Below are positions 26,847 through 40,231 of a DNA stretch of 64,000 nucleotides, piece after piece (the first letter of the stretch is position 1; each line of letters begins with the position of its first letter). The notes beneath the pieces were generated by a model. That model searched no databases. It had not been told where the DNA came from and saw only the letters and a program-made list of their open reading frames with translations. The translations under genes were made by a program, and so were the position numbers. Source of the DNA: Eledone cirrhosa (lineage: Eukaryota); assembly GCA_964016885.1 (NCBI GenBank), contig OZ024741.1, positions 294,376,001-294,440,000 on the forward strand, read 5' to 3'.

Positions 26847-29261
26847 TGTCCAGGTAAATTTAACACTGCATTAGCCAATGTTTTTGTTGTTGTGCATACA
26901 CTAAAATGCTTAGGGTTGCACAAAACATAAACTGACATCAGCGTTTTTGCAAATGAAAGTTTATACGGAAACTTGCCCAACATAACAACTACTATTGCTT
27001 AAAAACAGTTATGATTTGCATTGCTGAAGAAGTAAGCAGTAGTCAATGACATACTCAAACATTCATCAGTTAACTCTCAAATAATACAAACTTCAGCAGG
27101 GATCAGTTGCCAGGAGCAAAGGAAAATTGTGAATTGTTGTTGTTGTACAGTTCCAAGTTAGCCTAGATTAAGTAGTCATGATCATTCCATCTTTTTTTGT
27201 ATATCAGGAACTAAATTATCCAAATGTCCTTTCTTTCTTAACATGGTAGGGTGTAACTTGAAGGTGATTTAGTTATCATTTCTAGCATGTTGTGCAACCA
27301 TATAGAGGTTCTATATTAGTTCTTAGAATGATATGGTGTGATTTGCCTTTTTTGGCAGTTTGAATGACTCTGTAAAGGCTCTCTTCTTTGTCTTAAATCT
27401 AAGTCTAAAGTCTATCCCGAGCCTGGAGGATGATCAGGTCAGTGCTTATCTCATTGCATTAAGCAGTTGAGACTACAAGACTTCCACATGGACAAGATGC
27501 CAGTCTATCACAGGGTTAAATCCCCAGTTATTGCTGTTACTCATTTTCAGCTAGTTTTACTGGAACATTGTGAAATGAAATGTTTTGCTCAAGATCTCAA
27601 CACACAAACTGATCCAAGAATTGAACCTACGACATTATGATTGTAAGTTCAAAACCCTTACTACTAGGCAATGCATCTCCACATACAAACATAGACACAC
27701 ACGTATATTTATAAATATATAAAAATATATGGTTACTGATGCTGTAGTGGAATTTGGTATAGATATGATGTAGCAGACTGTTGGTGACATTTTTATCACA
27801 AGACAGTGACTGAGAATGTTTATAACTATAGTGCTTCTCAACATATTAATCCTTTAGTACTTTATCTTCATCTTTATCTCACACATCCCATGCTTATTGG
27901 CAGTTTTTAACAGCTGATTCCCATAGTTTTAAAACAACTAAAAAAATCGAAAGATTATCATAAAGAATGTTTTGATCAACTGTTTTATTATTTTATTACC
28001 CAAGCTTTCTTCAAATAAATCAATATTTCATATATATATATATTATATATATATTCCGTCCAAACCCATGCTAGCGTAGAAGATGGACGTTAAACGATGA
28101 TGATGATATATATATATATAGAGAGAGAGAGATGTAAAAAATCCTGGCCGTGGTACCAAGCAGTTTCAGCACTGCAGATGCTATACATATATATAATAAA
28201 TACACACATACATATAAATAATAAATACACACACACACATATATATATATATACAAATATAATTTCAGCGAGATGAAAAAATGAACAAGCTAAAGAGGTT
28301 AACAAATAATTATCTGGACCATCCCAGAAAGTGGTGGTAAAATCCAAGGGAGATTTCTGTGATTCCTAAATCAAGTATACTGTCTGCTTTCGTTGTAAGC
28401 TTTTGGTATAAAGATCGAACAAGGTAGCCACTTTGTCAACAGGCATTCTGTTCTCAACCGTCTACCGGGTTCAAATAAAGCAGCAGTGAAATTACTACCT
28501 CACGTGGTTATTCAGCAAGGGAGGTAACCCTGGTTTTGGCGGGTGTATTCAAAATGTGTAAAGGAATTGCAAGAATTTGCAAAAAACTGCACAAATCGAA
28601 GTAAGCTCTCAACCAGGTTGTTTTTAAATAAACTTAAGCAATTAATCAGTCAATAGAATTGTCTAATTGAATTAACTAATTAATTGCTAGGCCCAGGAGA
28701 TTAATACAAATATAATTTCAGCGAGATCGTATTTCGGCAGTGGCCAAAACAAAATGAAACGCAATCTTCGAGATCTGCCGGCAAACGCTCAATGTATTAG
28801 GAAGAAACCAGAGCAATTAAGATGCGTTATAAAGGCCAGACAAATTGAAAATGGTGGTTGTGAAGTCACAAGCAACGGCAGCTGAAAAAACGAACAAACT
28901 AAACAGGTTAACAAATGAAGAACACTGTCATCTGTTCTGACTTGTCACACAATGGGACAACTCGTCTACCCCATAGTAACATGAAAAAATGAACGTTAAA
29001 CAGTGATAATGATATATATATATATATATATATATTCATATAACAAAGGGAAAATTTTGGAAGATGAAATGTGTAAAGTTATGCCAGCAATTTCCAAGCT
29101 CAATGTGGTTAATATGTTGCAGTGATAATTGGATGTTTTTCTCCTCATACATTTTTGTATTTTATCAAGTCTCTGAAGAAACATGAGTGGTGTTAAATTA
29201 AGTGTTAAGATAAACTGATCGATTTAATACACATATTATAGGATATATATATATATATACA

Positions 29262-29782
29262 TGTGATGCGTATGAAGGATGACAGCTGCATAAAAAGGTG
29301 CAGAGCACTAGAAGTCAATGGAAGCTGCGGAGTGGGGAGACACAAAAAGACTTGGGATGAGGTGATAAAAGCTGACCTTACACAATTACACCTCTCAAGA
29401 GCGATGACACATGACCGTGACCTCTGGTGTCACACAGTAATACAGAAGACCCGACTTCCCACGGGTACAAGCCAAAGCTGAAGCATATAAAGAATATGCT
29501 CCCACCCCCTCCCACTGCAAAGTGGTCGTGGAGGTGCCACAGCAAATAAGCACCCAGGCCACACTGTAAAGTGGACGTGTAGGCGCTATGGAAAAAAAGC
29601 ACCCAGCACTCACTGTAAATGAGGTTGGTGTTAGGAAGGGCATCCAGCTATAGAAATCAAGCCAGAATCAGTTCCTGCATGAGCAAGACATGGTCAGCCG
29701 ACTGGACACTGCTCACAACAGGACAATTCATCTAACCCATGTTAGCGTGGAAGAACGGACGTAAAACGGTGATGATGATGAT
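29262..29782 (+). mobile_element. RTE LINE 3' fragment (subfamily of 14349-17020)
   Basis: [17 protein letters not shown]... plus 3' UTR and (GAT)n tail. Confidence 0.92.
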
Positions 29783-29785
29783 ATA

Positions 29786-30485
29786 TCATCATCATCATAA
29801 TCATCGTTTAACGTCTAACTTCCACGTTAGCATGGATTAGATGGGAATTGTCCCAATTGAGGCAAGAATGGCCGGCTGACCGTGTCTCGCTTGTATAGGA
29901 CTATCTGGCAGGTTTTCTACGACTGGATGCCCTTCCTAACACCAACCACATTTACAGTGTGGACTGGGAGCTTTTTACCGTGTTACCTATACAGCCACAT
30001 TACAGCGTGGACTGTGCGTTTTTTTGTTGTGACACCTACACAACCTCATTAGTTTGGACTGGATGTTGTAGTACCAACATAACTTTACAGAGAAAGGGTG
30101 GTGTTGGTGGGAGGGGGAGGATGGAGTAGGGATAGTGGGTTGGGGTGTATATTTGGTTAAGAGGTGCCTACTGACTGTATGTTTTGCTTTATACATAGGC
30201 AAGGCATGTCTTCTGTATTACTGTGTGACGCCAAAGATCTCGGTCCAGTGACATTGTCTTAGAGAGGTGCAAGTGTGTAAGGTCGGAATTTATCAAATCA
30301 TCCCAGGTTTTTCTGGGTCTACTAACTTTCATAACTTCCATCAATTTTGATCGCCCTGCACTTTTTTATACAGCTGTTGTCTTTCATGTGCATCACGTGA
30401 CCATACCAACGTAGTCTTCTCTCAAGTAAACAGCATCTGATCCCTCTTATTCCTAATTTCTCACTTAGTTCATTTATGTTTTGCC
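29786..30485 (-). mobile_element. RTE LINE 3' fragment (subfamily of 21869-25428), tail-to-tail with the previous copy
   Basis: Homology to 21900-22560; tails meet at GATGATATATCATCAT. Confidence 0.9.
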
Positions 30486-30612
30486 ATATGTATATATATA
30501 TATAAGTGGAGAAGGAATATCCAAGTTACTAGGATATATATTGGAAAACCCCAATACTACCATATATATATATATATATATAGTGGAAAACGTTCTATAC
30601 CGATCACGATAT

Positions 30613-30965
30613 ATAAAGGAAAATAATTTTAAAAAGTGGCTTTGAAAAACACCCTTGGTATATATATATATATAAAGGATTTTATAACATGTACAACAAT
30701 TGATGTTAGCAAAACTTTAAGTTTTAACGAAAAAAACTATTTAACCTCATAACAAATGTTTTGAGAATCCAAAACTGAGAAAGCAGGGTTTTCTAGCATC
30801 AATTTTTAACATCAATTTTTGTACATGTTATAAAGATCATTTATATATATATACCAGATGCGTTTGTCAAGCCCATTTTTTTATCATTTTCCTTATGTGG
30901 CTTAAGTTACATTCTTGCCATTTTTCTTATTTCACATATGTAAGACTAATAATTCTCCTTTTTTC
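30613..30965. repeat. Degenerate inverted repeat (~95-bp arms) plus tail, in (TA)n
   Basis: TTTATAACATGTACAACAATTGATGTTA vs TAACATCAATTTTTGTACATGTTATAAA, with matching outer arms. Confidence 0.65.
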
Positions 30966-31415
30966 TATATATATATAAAATAAAGAAAAACAAAGGTTAA
31001 CAACTTAATTCGATTCTTTAATTTCTATATACATTTCAATATGGTACATGCATATGTAAACACTTAGTTAATTGGAAAGAGTTAATCAGCAATTATTTAC
31101 ATATATATATATATATACACACAGATCTGGGGAGGAGGGTAGTGGAACTCCAACAGCACAAAAAAAAAGGAGCTTTAAAAAAGCAGATGAATCCCTCAGA
31201 GTTAATGGCTATCCCCCCCTAACTATTGGTTAAATAGCCTCAAAGAGGGGTTCCTCTAACAGGAGTAACAAGGTATTAGATTGGATATACAGATAAATAG
31301 ATAGATAGACATATACATGCATATATATGTATATATATCATATAGACATATACATGCATATATATATATATATATATATACATATATATGTATATGCATA
31401 TATGTATATATATTA

Positions 31416-31449
<34 letters not shown>

Positions 31450-31493
31450 CATGTATATATATATATAGATATATTTATATGTATATATATATA

Positions 31494-31758
31494 TCATCAT
31501 CATCATCATTTTACGTCTGCTTTTCCCTGCTTGCAAGGGTGGGACGGGAACTGATTCTGGCTTGATTTCTACAGCTGGATGCCCTTCCTAACACCAACCT
31601 CATTTACAGTGAGTGCTGGGTGCTTTTTTGCCGTGGCACCTCCATGACCACTTTGCAGTGGAATGATATGGACCCCAGTCCCTATCATCTCATTTCTACA
31701 GCTGAGTAAACTAGAGCAATGTGAAATAAAGTGTCTTGCTCAAGGAAACAACACATCA
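31494..31758 (-). mobile_element. 5'-truncated family B SINE with RTE tail
   Basis: Near-identical to 4283-4545. Confidence 0.85.
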
Positions 31759-32444
31759 TATATGTACGTATATGTATATAACTGAGTAGTACACAAGTGC
31801 ATGTGTGTGATTACATTGGTTGCATCTGTGTAGGTTCAGCTTTTCTTTTTCTCTTTTTGTTAGTACTTGAATTACTTCATTTTTATAAGGGTTAATAATA
31901 ATGTTAAGCTGTTATTATATTGAAGATATTTTGACTTTGGTATTCCACCCTTATCAATTTCTTCTTTATGCCATTTCTCAGCTCAATATTCTGTTCTGGA
32001 TTCATCAATTCTTCTTAGTTTTGATTTTTGATGTAATCTTCTTAAAATATAAATTCAATAAAGCAATACTGTTAATCATTTTCTTCCTGTTTTCTATTTG
32101 CTTTTGTTTGTATTTTTGGTCATTATTATTTATTTATTTAATTTCTTTTTGTTGAATATTGTTTTTGCTATAAAGTAAAAAAAAAATTATTTTGTTTCCT
32201 GCAAAAAATTTTTTTTTCTTATAAATTAAAATATTTTTCTGAAGAATCTTAAATTCCTTTTAAAACATATTTTTTTCATAGTAAAGAAAAAAGAAAATAT
32301 GTGTATGTATGTGTGTATATATATATTAACATTTTTTATACATACACATATAAAATCAGACAAATATAAACACATATTTAGTCGACATATACACAGTGTA
32401 CTGTTATACACATGGACACAGAAACTTTGATAAACTCCACACTG

Positions 32445-32523
32445 ATTATCATCATCATCATTGTCATCATCATTGTCATCATCATCACCATCATCTTCAT
32501 CATCCTCATCATCATCATCATTT

Positions 32524-32560
<37 letters not shown>

Positions 32561-32728
32561 GGCCCTTTATGTTCTGAGTTCAAATCCCACCGAGGTTAAC
32601 TTTGCCTTTCATCCTTATGGGGTCGATAAAATAAAGTACCAGTAATACCCTGAGATAATTGCTGGCCTTGTGCCAAAAGTAGAAACAATTATTATCATCA
32701 TTGGTGTGGTTATTATTATTAATATCAT

Positions 32729-32760
<32 letters not shown>

Positions 32761-32832
32761 ACAGCAGTACTAGTTGGGGTAGTGGTGGTGGTGGTGGTAG
32801 TAGTAGTAGTAGTAGTGACAGCAGTACTAGTT

Positions 32833-32887
<55 letters not shown>

Positions 32888-33490
32888 CAGTAGTATCTCT
32901 AAGACTGGAATGCTGTAGATATATTATGCCAATGCTGTTCTAGAACATTATCTAAGCTGCTTTAACATGATTTAGTCAGAATGGTAAAGATGGTTAAGAT
33001 GGCAGAGTCTCATCAATATTGTATGATCTCTACAGTAATTCTAGAATAATTTAGTAGGAAAGTGTTAGTATGTGTTTGTGGTGGTGGTGTTATTGTTGTT
33101 GCTGGTGGTAACAGTGGCTATTCTGATGGCATTGTTGTTGTTTGTGGTGGTGGTGGTGGTGGTGGTTGTGGTGGCATTTTTGTTGCTGTTGTTGTTGTTG
33201 GCTCTGGTGGTTCTGGTGATTATTATAAAATCTGGTATGGTGATGATGATGGTGATGATAATGATGATAGTGATGGAGAAGATAATGGTGATGATGATGG
33301 TGATGGAAATGATGGTGGTGATTATAGTGATGATGGTAATGATAGAAATGATTGTGATGATGATGATGGTGGTGATTATAGTGATGATGGTGATGATGAT
33401 GGTGATAGTGATGGTGTTGATAGTAATGATTGTGATGATGATGAAGATAATGAAGCAGATGATAATGATATTAATGATAAGAAAGTTGGT
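32445..33490. repeat. Compound trinucleotide low-complexity region (CAT/TAT/AGT/GGT/GAT) containing a SINE A fragment at 32560-32692
   Basis: Direct inspection. Confidence 0.9.
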
Positions 33491-33777
33491 GGTTAGATGA
33501 CAGTGATTTAGGTCATGGATGCTATAGTGGTTTGAAAGTGGAGTAAGGAGAAATGGCAAGAGGTAAAAATCTGTTCAAGTAGAAAATTATTGATGAAAAT
33601 TTAGATCAATACAGTTAAAAATATAATGGAATTTTGATTTTTTATTGATATTTATTGGTATTTATCTAATAAATACACACATATATATATATGTATATAT
33701 ATATAAATATATATATATATGTGTGTGTATATATATATATAAATATATGTATATATGTGTGTATGTATGTATATGTA

Positions 33778-33814
<37 letters not shown>

Positions 33815-33890
33815 ATGTATTTATATATATGTATATATGTGTGTATGTATATATACATATATATATGTGTGTATGTATATTATATATATG

Positions 33891-33952
<62 letters not shown>

Positions 33953-34521
33953 TATACACACACACATTGTAGTTGAAATAAAATAATTTTTGTCAAAAAA
34001 ATCAAAAAATCTTATTTAATTAAACAATATCATTATAATTTATTATCTTTGTTTTATATCACCATCATTCTTATTATTGTTGTAGTAATATTTATTGTTT
34101 TTGTTTATTTTTGCTTTTATCGTGCTGGATGTAAACAACATTTTCTTTTAGATTTTATTCTTGTGCTTTCTTCAATGTCTGGTGCTATTGTGGCCAAGAT
34201 ACAAAATCATCTGAGTTCAAATCCCGCCGAGGTTAACTTTGCCTTTCATCCTTACGGGGGTCAATAAAATAAAGTACCAGTAATGTACTGGATAATTGCT
34301 GGCCTTGTGCCAAAAGTAGAAACAATTATTATTTTTATGTGGCAGAATCATTAAAGTATCGGACAAAATACTTTGTGGCATCTCTTCTGGTTCTTTATGT
34401 TACGAGGTAACTTCCAGACTCTATAAAAGAAAGTACCAGTCAAGTACTGGGGTTAGGTTTAATCACTTTTCCCCCTCCCTCTAAATTGCTGGCCTTGTAC
34501 CTAAATTCAAAACGATTATTA

Positions 34522-34898
34522 TCACTGAAAAGAACAGTGAGGGTGGAGAGGGAAGTGTTGCCTTCCAGCCAGTTTGTTAACAGGTGGGTAAGAGTGGTGT
34601 GCATGGCCTGAATCAATGAGTCTGCTCTGAGTATGAGCCTGGGAGAAGGTGCATGTCTCAGCAGTCAGGGTGACCAAGGCTTTTTGTGGGCTTTCTCCAT
34701 GTGTGACCCTTGAAAGACCCACCCCACCCACCCCTATTGGTGAATTTATTCTGTTTGATGTTTTTCATGTTTTTCTTTATTTCCTTGTTTTTGTTAAACA
34801 CTTTTTACACACCAAAACCCACACTACACCTTCCTGTACCATCCTATGCCATCCTTAATGCTTTCTTAATGTGAGCCCTGTGTGGCTAATAAAGAAAC
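34522..34898 (+). mobile_element. 3' end of a Tx1/L1-like LINE
   Basis: LKRTVRVEREVLPSSQFVNRWVRV..., ends GTGGCTAATAAAGAAA. Homologous to 7219-7548. Confidence 0.6.
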
Positions 34899-35193
34899 TA
34901 TTGTTATTATTATAATGATTATTATTATTTTTATTATTATTATTATAATTATCATCATCATTGGGGAACTAGGCACGTAAATGGCCAATCATATTGATGT
35001 TAAGGTATTGTTCTCAAAATAAATAATACCAAAATCTCATAGATTCGATATTATGTGAGATAATTATGTGAGATAAAGTCTTTACTATGAAAATACAATA
35101 GAAAAATATAAAGGGTTAGTTATAAGTTGTTTTTTTTTCATTTCTGCCATTGCCTGTCTTCTCAGTTTTTCTATTTCTTTTTTAATTTCTCAT

Positions 35194-35235
35194 TCTATTT
35201 CCTGATGAAGGACTGGCTTCTGAAACATTTAGACT
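35194..35235 (+). ncRNA. Degenerate minimal hammerhead-like motif in a PLE-terminus-like repeat (~35140-35345)
   Basis: CCTGATGAAGG...CTGAAAC. The downstream ~120 bp is homologous to the sequence following the motif at 53171-53205. Confidence 0.45.
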
Positions 35236-35360
35236 CTCTTCTTACTATATGAGACATAAAACTAATAATATATTTCTACCTTGTACTGTGTTGTTTGCTT
35301 TATTTCTGTTAGCCTTTTGCAACATCACTATCATCCTCATTTTGCATATATATATATATA

Positions 35361-35574
35361 TAGTGGTAGAACACTGGAAGGTAATATCCGTAGTGGTAGA
35401 ACACTCAGTCCATGGGACGAGTTAGGTAGAAGTGGTAACACAACAGTTAGTTCACCATACTGAGAACAATTGTTTCACCTTAGCGGATCCTCAGCTCCAT
35501 TACGAGCTGAGGATCCACTAAGGTGAAACAATTGTTCTCGGTATGGTGAACTAACTGTTGCGTAACCACTTCTA
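35361..35574. mobile_element. Non-coding PLE pseudo-LTR hairpin: two inverted hammerheads (71-bp arms) plus 66-bp tail
   Basis: Arms 35427-35497 and 35504-35574 are nearly identical to the PLE 3' end at 57414-57484. Each arm reads GAG-CTGAGGA-TCC..GGT-GAAACAATTGTT-CTC. Confidence 0.88.
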
Positions 35575-35994
35575 TATATATATATATATATATATACATA
35601 CACACACATATATATATATATATATCGTTTTGTGTTCTTTTGTTTTTGTTTGTATTTTTATGTTTTTAATGTATTCTGAGTTGAATCAGTTTATTTTATG
35701 TGTTCACTTAGACACTCTAAGAGATCTGAATTCTTTATATCCTTATTAATTATTTACCAAGCATTTTTGTGGAAAAATACCTTGTGTTTAGATGAATTTG
35801 GATGTTCTGTGTCAAACATATGTATGTGTCTACTATCTTCATTTGTATGTGTATGCATACAAATTCTCTTTTGCTCATTCCATTTCTTGCTTTATTATTT
35901 TAAACCATTTATTTTGAATGAGTTATCCTCTAACTCTCTCTCTCTCTCTTTTACTCAATCTTTCTTCATATATATATATATATAAATATATATA

Positions 35995-36899
35995 TAAATC
36001 TAGCTAAGACAAAAGTGTTGATGAGTAGAAAAGAGGACAAAACCCTGATTCCGTCAGGGAAATGGCCATGTTCGATATGCAGAAAAGGAACTGGCATAAA
36101 TTCTATAAAATGCACACAATGTAGGTCCTGGGTACACAAGAGATGTAGCGGGATAGCAGGCAAACTAACAGGTAGGGAGAAATATGTATGCAGTAGATGT
36201 ACAGGGAAATTAGACAGTAGAAGTCGCACTGATAGACACATTTTTCAAATGCGAGAGGGCGCTATAGAAGTGGTGGATAGCTTCCGGTACCTAGGAGATC
36301 AGATTAGCATGGGAGGAGGGTGTTCCGAGGCCATAGTATCTAGAATAAGGACGGGTTGGAAGAAGTTTAGGGAGCTGCTTCCTCTGTTGACGAAGAAGGG
36401 TTTCTCCCTGCGTACGAAAGGCCGGTTGTATGATGCCTGTGTGAGGAGCGCGATGCTGCATGGTAGTGAGACATGGGCAGCTACCGCAGAAGATATGCGA
36501 CGGCTGGAGAGAAATGAGGCAAGCATGCTCCGTTGGATGTGCAGTGTAAATGTGCGTGAACGACCCAGCATAAATGTGTTGAGAGAGAAACTGTGTCTGA
36601 GAGGGATAGAATGTAGTGTACGGGAGAGGAGACTGAGGTGGTATGGACATGTGATGCGCATGGAGGATGACCGATGGGTGAAGAAGTGCCAGGAAATGCC
36701 AGTTGAAGGAAGACGTAGTAGAGGTAGACCACGAAAAACATGGGTGGAGGTGGTGAGAACAGACCTCAGATCATTGAAGCTCACGGTGGAGATGACGAGG
36801 GACCGTGACGAGTGGAGAGATGCTGTGCTGAATAAGACCCGTCCCACCCTTGCAAGCAGGGAAAAGCGGACGTAAAATGATGATGATGATGATGATGAT
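35995..36899 (+). mobile_element. 5'-truncated RTE LINE with PHD finger and intact C-terminal ORF (36015-36875)
   Basis: GKWPCSICRKG...CTQCRSWVHKRC...[22 protein letters not shown]; ORF runs into the (GAT)n tail; TA flanks. Confidence 0.93.
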
Positions 36900-36906
36900 A
36901 TATATA

Positions 36907-37131
36907 TCACTCAGCATTCCTGATGATTTCATACAAATGAAACAGTTCTAGTCCTGTAGAAACCATTTCTAAATTAATTAATTGTAAGGGATCGATAAAA
37001 TAAAGTACCAGTAATGCCCTGGGTAATTGCTGGCCTTGTGCCTAAAGTAGAAACAATTAATTAATTTAGAAATGGTTTCTACAGGACTAGAACTGTTTCA
37101 TTTGTATGAAATCATCAGGAATGCTGAGTGA
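36907..37131. repeat. Perfect 79-bp inverted repeat carrying a hammerhead-like core, with a SINE A 3' fragment at the centre
   Basis: Arms 36907-36985 and 37053-37131; core CCTGATGA-TTTCATACAAAT-GAAAC...GTC. Same family at 49979-50060 and 58057-58110. Confidence 0.85.
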
Positions 37132-40061
37132 CATAGTGAGTGGTTGATAGTTATAGGTTTCTTAGTGTTTAGGTATGGTGGTGGTGGTAGCATCCTATTT
37201 TAAGGAGCAGATATCTAGTAGTGGATTAGAGGGGGTGGGAGTGGAAGAAAGGGGTGAGTTAGGAGATGGGGTAGAAAGAATGGGAAGAAAAGAAGAAAAT
37301 CTAAACCAAGTATTATATATATGGAGCTGATCTCCCAGGCTGTTTACAAAGCACTGAGTAGATCAAGTCCATATAAAGAATGATGTGCTTATGCATGCAG
37401 ATGCTATGAAATCTAAACTATAATAAAGTAACGAGCATGGGACTTAGTACGGTTTATAATTTTTTATCACATTAGTAAAATAAGTTGCATTACTTTGAAT
37501 AAATAATGAATGAATATTACATAATTTATCTACTAAATTTCATGGCTGTTGATTAAATATATTTTGTTTATTTAAAGATTCCCTTTAAAATGTATGAAAT
37601 GTCAACACTTCCGGTTGGCCATCGCTTAAATAAACATATTTTCTGTCACTAATTTTCTCCTAATGCAGTGTATATATAAGATCGTCTTTTTTAATGTATC
37701 ATCGATTACTTTACTGATTAAATAAGACAGTTTAATGCAGTCTTCATTCAATTTCTATATATTATATATTGTAAATTACGATTTTATTTGATGTATATAC
37801 CTGCGTATAATATCAATATACACACTACACATGCTAGCAGAAAACCATTCGAGGGTAGTAGCTTATAAAATAGAAAAAAGAAGTTGCCATTGGCCCATGG
37901 CAACTTCTTTTTCCATCTTTAAGGATCTTCACCCTATTTTATAAATTATTTTATAGCATCTCTTCTCATGCACACAACATTCTTTATATTAGGAATATTG
38001 ACTATCATATAACAACCAAGATGAAGACACTAGTCTGAATATATCCAGTTATAATAATTATTTCTAACATAGGGACAAATTTTGGTGAAGATTAATTTAT
38101 TAAATCAACCACAGTACTTAACTGGTACTTCATTTTATTGACCTCAGAATAATTAACTTTACCTTTTATCTTTCTACTGTGTATGTGGGGAAGGTGAATA
38201 AAATAAGTTACCAGTCAAATACTGGGGTTGATATAATCACCTTCCACCATCTTATGGCCTATGTCAGAAATTGTAGCATAGTATAATAATTGTTTCTAGT
38301 CTAGGTGTAAGGTCAGCAATTTGAAAGGAGAGGGGTAAAAAGCAATGTTTACCCCTATTTTTTACCGATACTTTAAAACCCCAGTAGGATGAAAGGCAAG
38401 TCAACCTTGGGAGGACTTGAACTCAGAAGATAAAGAACTAAAAGAAATACTGCAATGCATTGACTCTGATATTCAAATGAGTCTGCGAATAATCATGCTA
38501 ATTTTTTATCTCAGAAATTCAAACAAAACAACATAAAATTTAAATAACAAGAGTTTTTATTTTTGATGTCCTGTACCACTTTAGTAACAAATTCTCGAAG
38601 AGTACAAAACAGCACTACATCTACTTCACATTAAAAATTCACAAATATCTGTCTACTAGTAAAGTTACTACAAATATTTAAATTAACAAAACAGTTTATA
38701 GATATTTTCTGCTAATATTAATAGTTAATGGGATGCTGCAATGTGATATTTGTTTACTTCAGCCAGAAAGCTTAACAAACAATGAACCAAGTAATCAGTG
38801 AGCTGTATTTTGTCACATAATCTCTGTAGTAACATTTATAACATTAAGGCAATTATATTATGTTTAGAGTGTCAATGTTAGTGTATTATTAAGTGCTGTG
38901 TCATATCAACCATACACTTTGGCATTTCATAACACTAATGGCCTGTCTGTTCAATAATATATTGAAGGTTATGTCATCAAAAAAGGATGAAAGAACCTTT
39001 TTTTAGTTATATGTGTATTGATACTACCCCCACATCCACACACACACACACACACCCACTGAGATAGAAAGGTAAATAATCAATTTAGGTGAAATTTGAA
39101 CACTCATGAATTAATGGATGTAAAACTAAATTTCTGCAACTATTTCCTCCATTACTCTAACATATCTGATGTACTGGATTGGCATTTGTTTCACTGACCC
39201 CAAAAGGATACAAATTAAGTCAACCCTAGTGAGATTTGAACTTAGGAAGTAAAAGGTTGTGATTAAATACTGCCAATTCTACCAATAATAATTTGTTCTA
39301 CTTTTGGCACAAGGCCAGCAATTATCCCAGTGTATTACTGGTACTTTATTTTATCGACCCCGTAAGGACTTATTCTACCAATAATAATTGTTTCTACATT
39401 TTTGGCACAAGGCCAGCCATTACCCAGTACATAATGGTAAATAATGATTGATAATAATTGTTTCAATTTTAGGCCCAAGGCCAGAAATTTGAAGGGGAAG
39501 GGAAAGTTGATTAGATTGACCCCAGTGCATTACTGGAACTTTATTTTATCGACCCTGTAAGGATGAAAGGCAAAGTTAATCTCAGCCGGTTTTGAAATCA
39601 GAACCTAAAGGATTTCTAACATAGGTCTAAAGCCATAAACTTGAATGTAGAAGCTGAGATTATTCAATTAAATCAACCCTAGTACTTGATTGGTATGTTA
39701 TTTTATTAAACTTGGAAGGATAAAAGATAAAGTTGAGCTCGAAGTACTTGAATCAAAATGCTTTGGCTGTCGAAGATCTACTCCCAAAATAGCTATTTTT
39801 CACTTGTTGATAGAAGAATCTAGGAAGCGTAAATTGCTAACTACTCAGTTTAATTGGGTAAGAAAACAGCCTGTCATTTGGCTACCCCCATGGGTAGAAC
39901 AATTAAAATCCTTTACAATAACAATTAAAAAGTCAGAGGAAATGAAATAACAGCATAACAATATTATGCAATGAAACTGTTTTAACAACTGGGTCAGCTA
40001 TACAAACAGGGTATATTCAGACAATGGAGTAGGGCATTGAGCTACTTAGACTGTTTAAAAT

Positions 40062-40231
40062 AATTATTATTTCTACTTATGGCACAAGGCCAGCAATTAC
40101 CCAGTGCATTACTGGTACTTTATTTTATCAACCCTGTAAGGATGAAAGGCAAAGTTAACCTCGGTGGGATTTGAACTCAGAATGCGTCAAAGCATGGTGT
40201 CCAACCCTCTACCGATACTGCCAATCCACCG
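40062..40231 (-). mobile_element. tRNA-derived SINE, family A (internal deletion)
   Basis: Reverse-complement copy; further degenerate copies at 38050-38460 and 39170-39730. Confidence 0.85.

Noticed and set aside
37874-37912. Short palindrome AAAAGAAGTTGCCAT-N6-ATGGCAACTTCTTTT as a terminator or X-box
   Set aside because: Intrinsic terminators are not relevant in this context, the spacing is wrong for an X-box, and it is too short to assign to the hairpin class.
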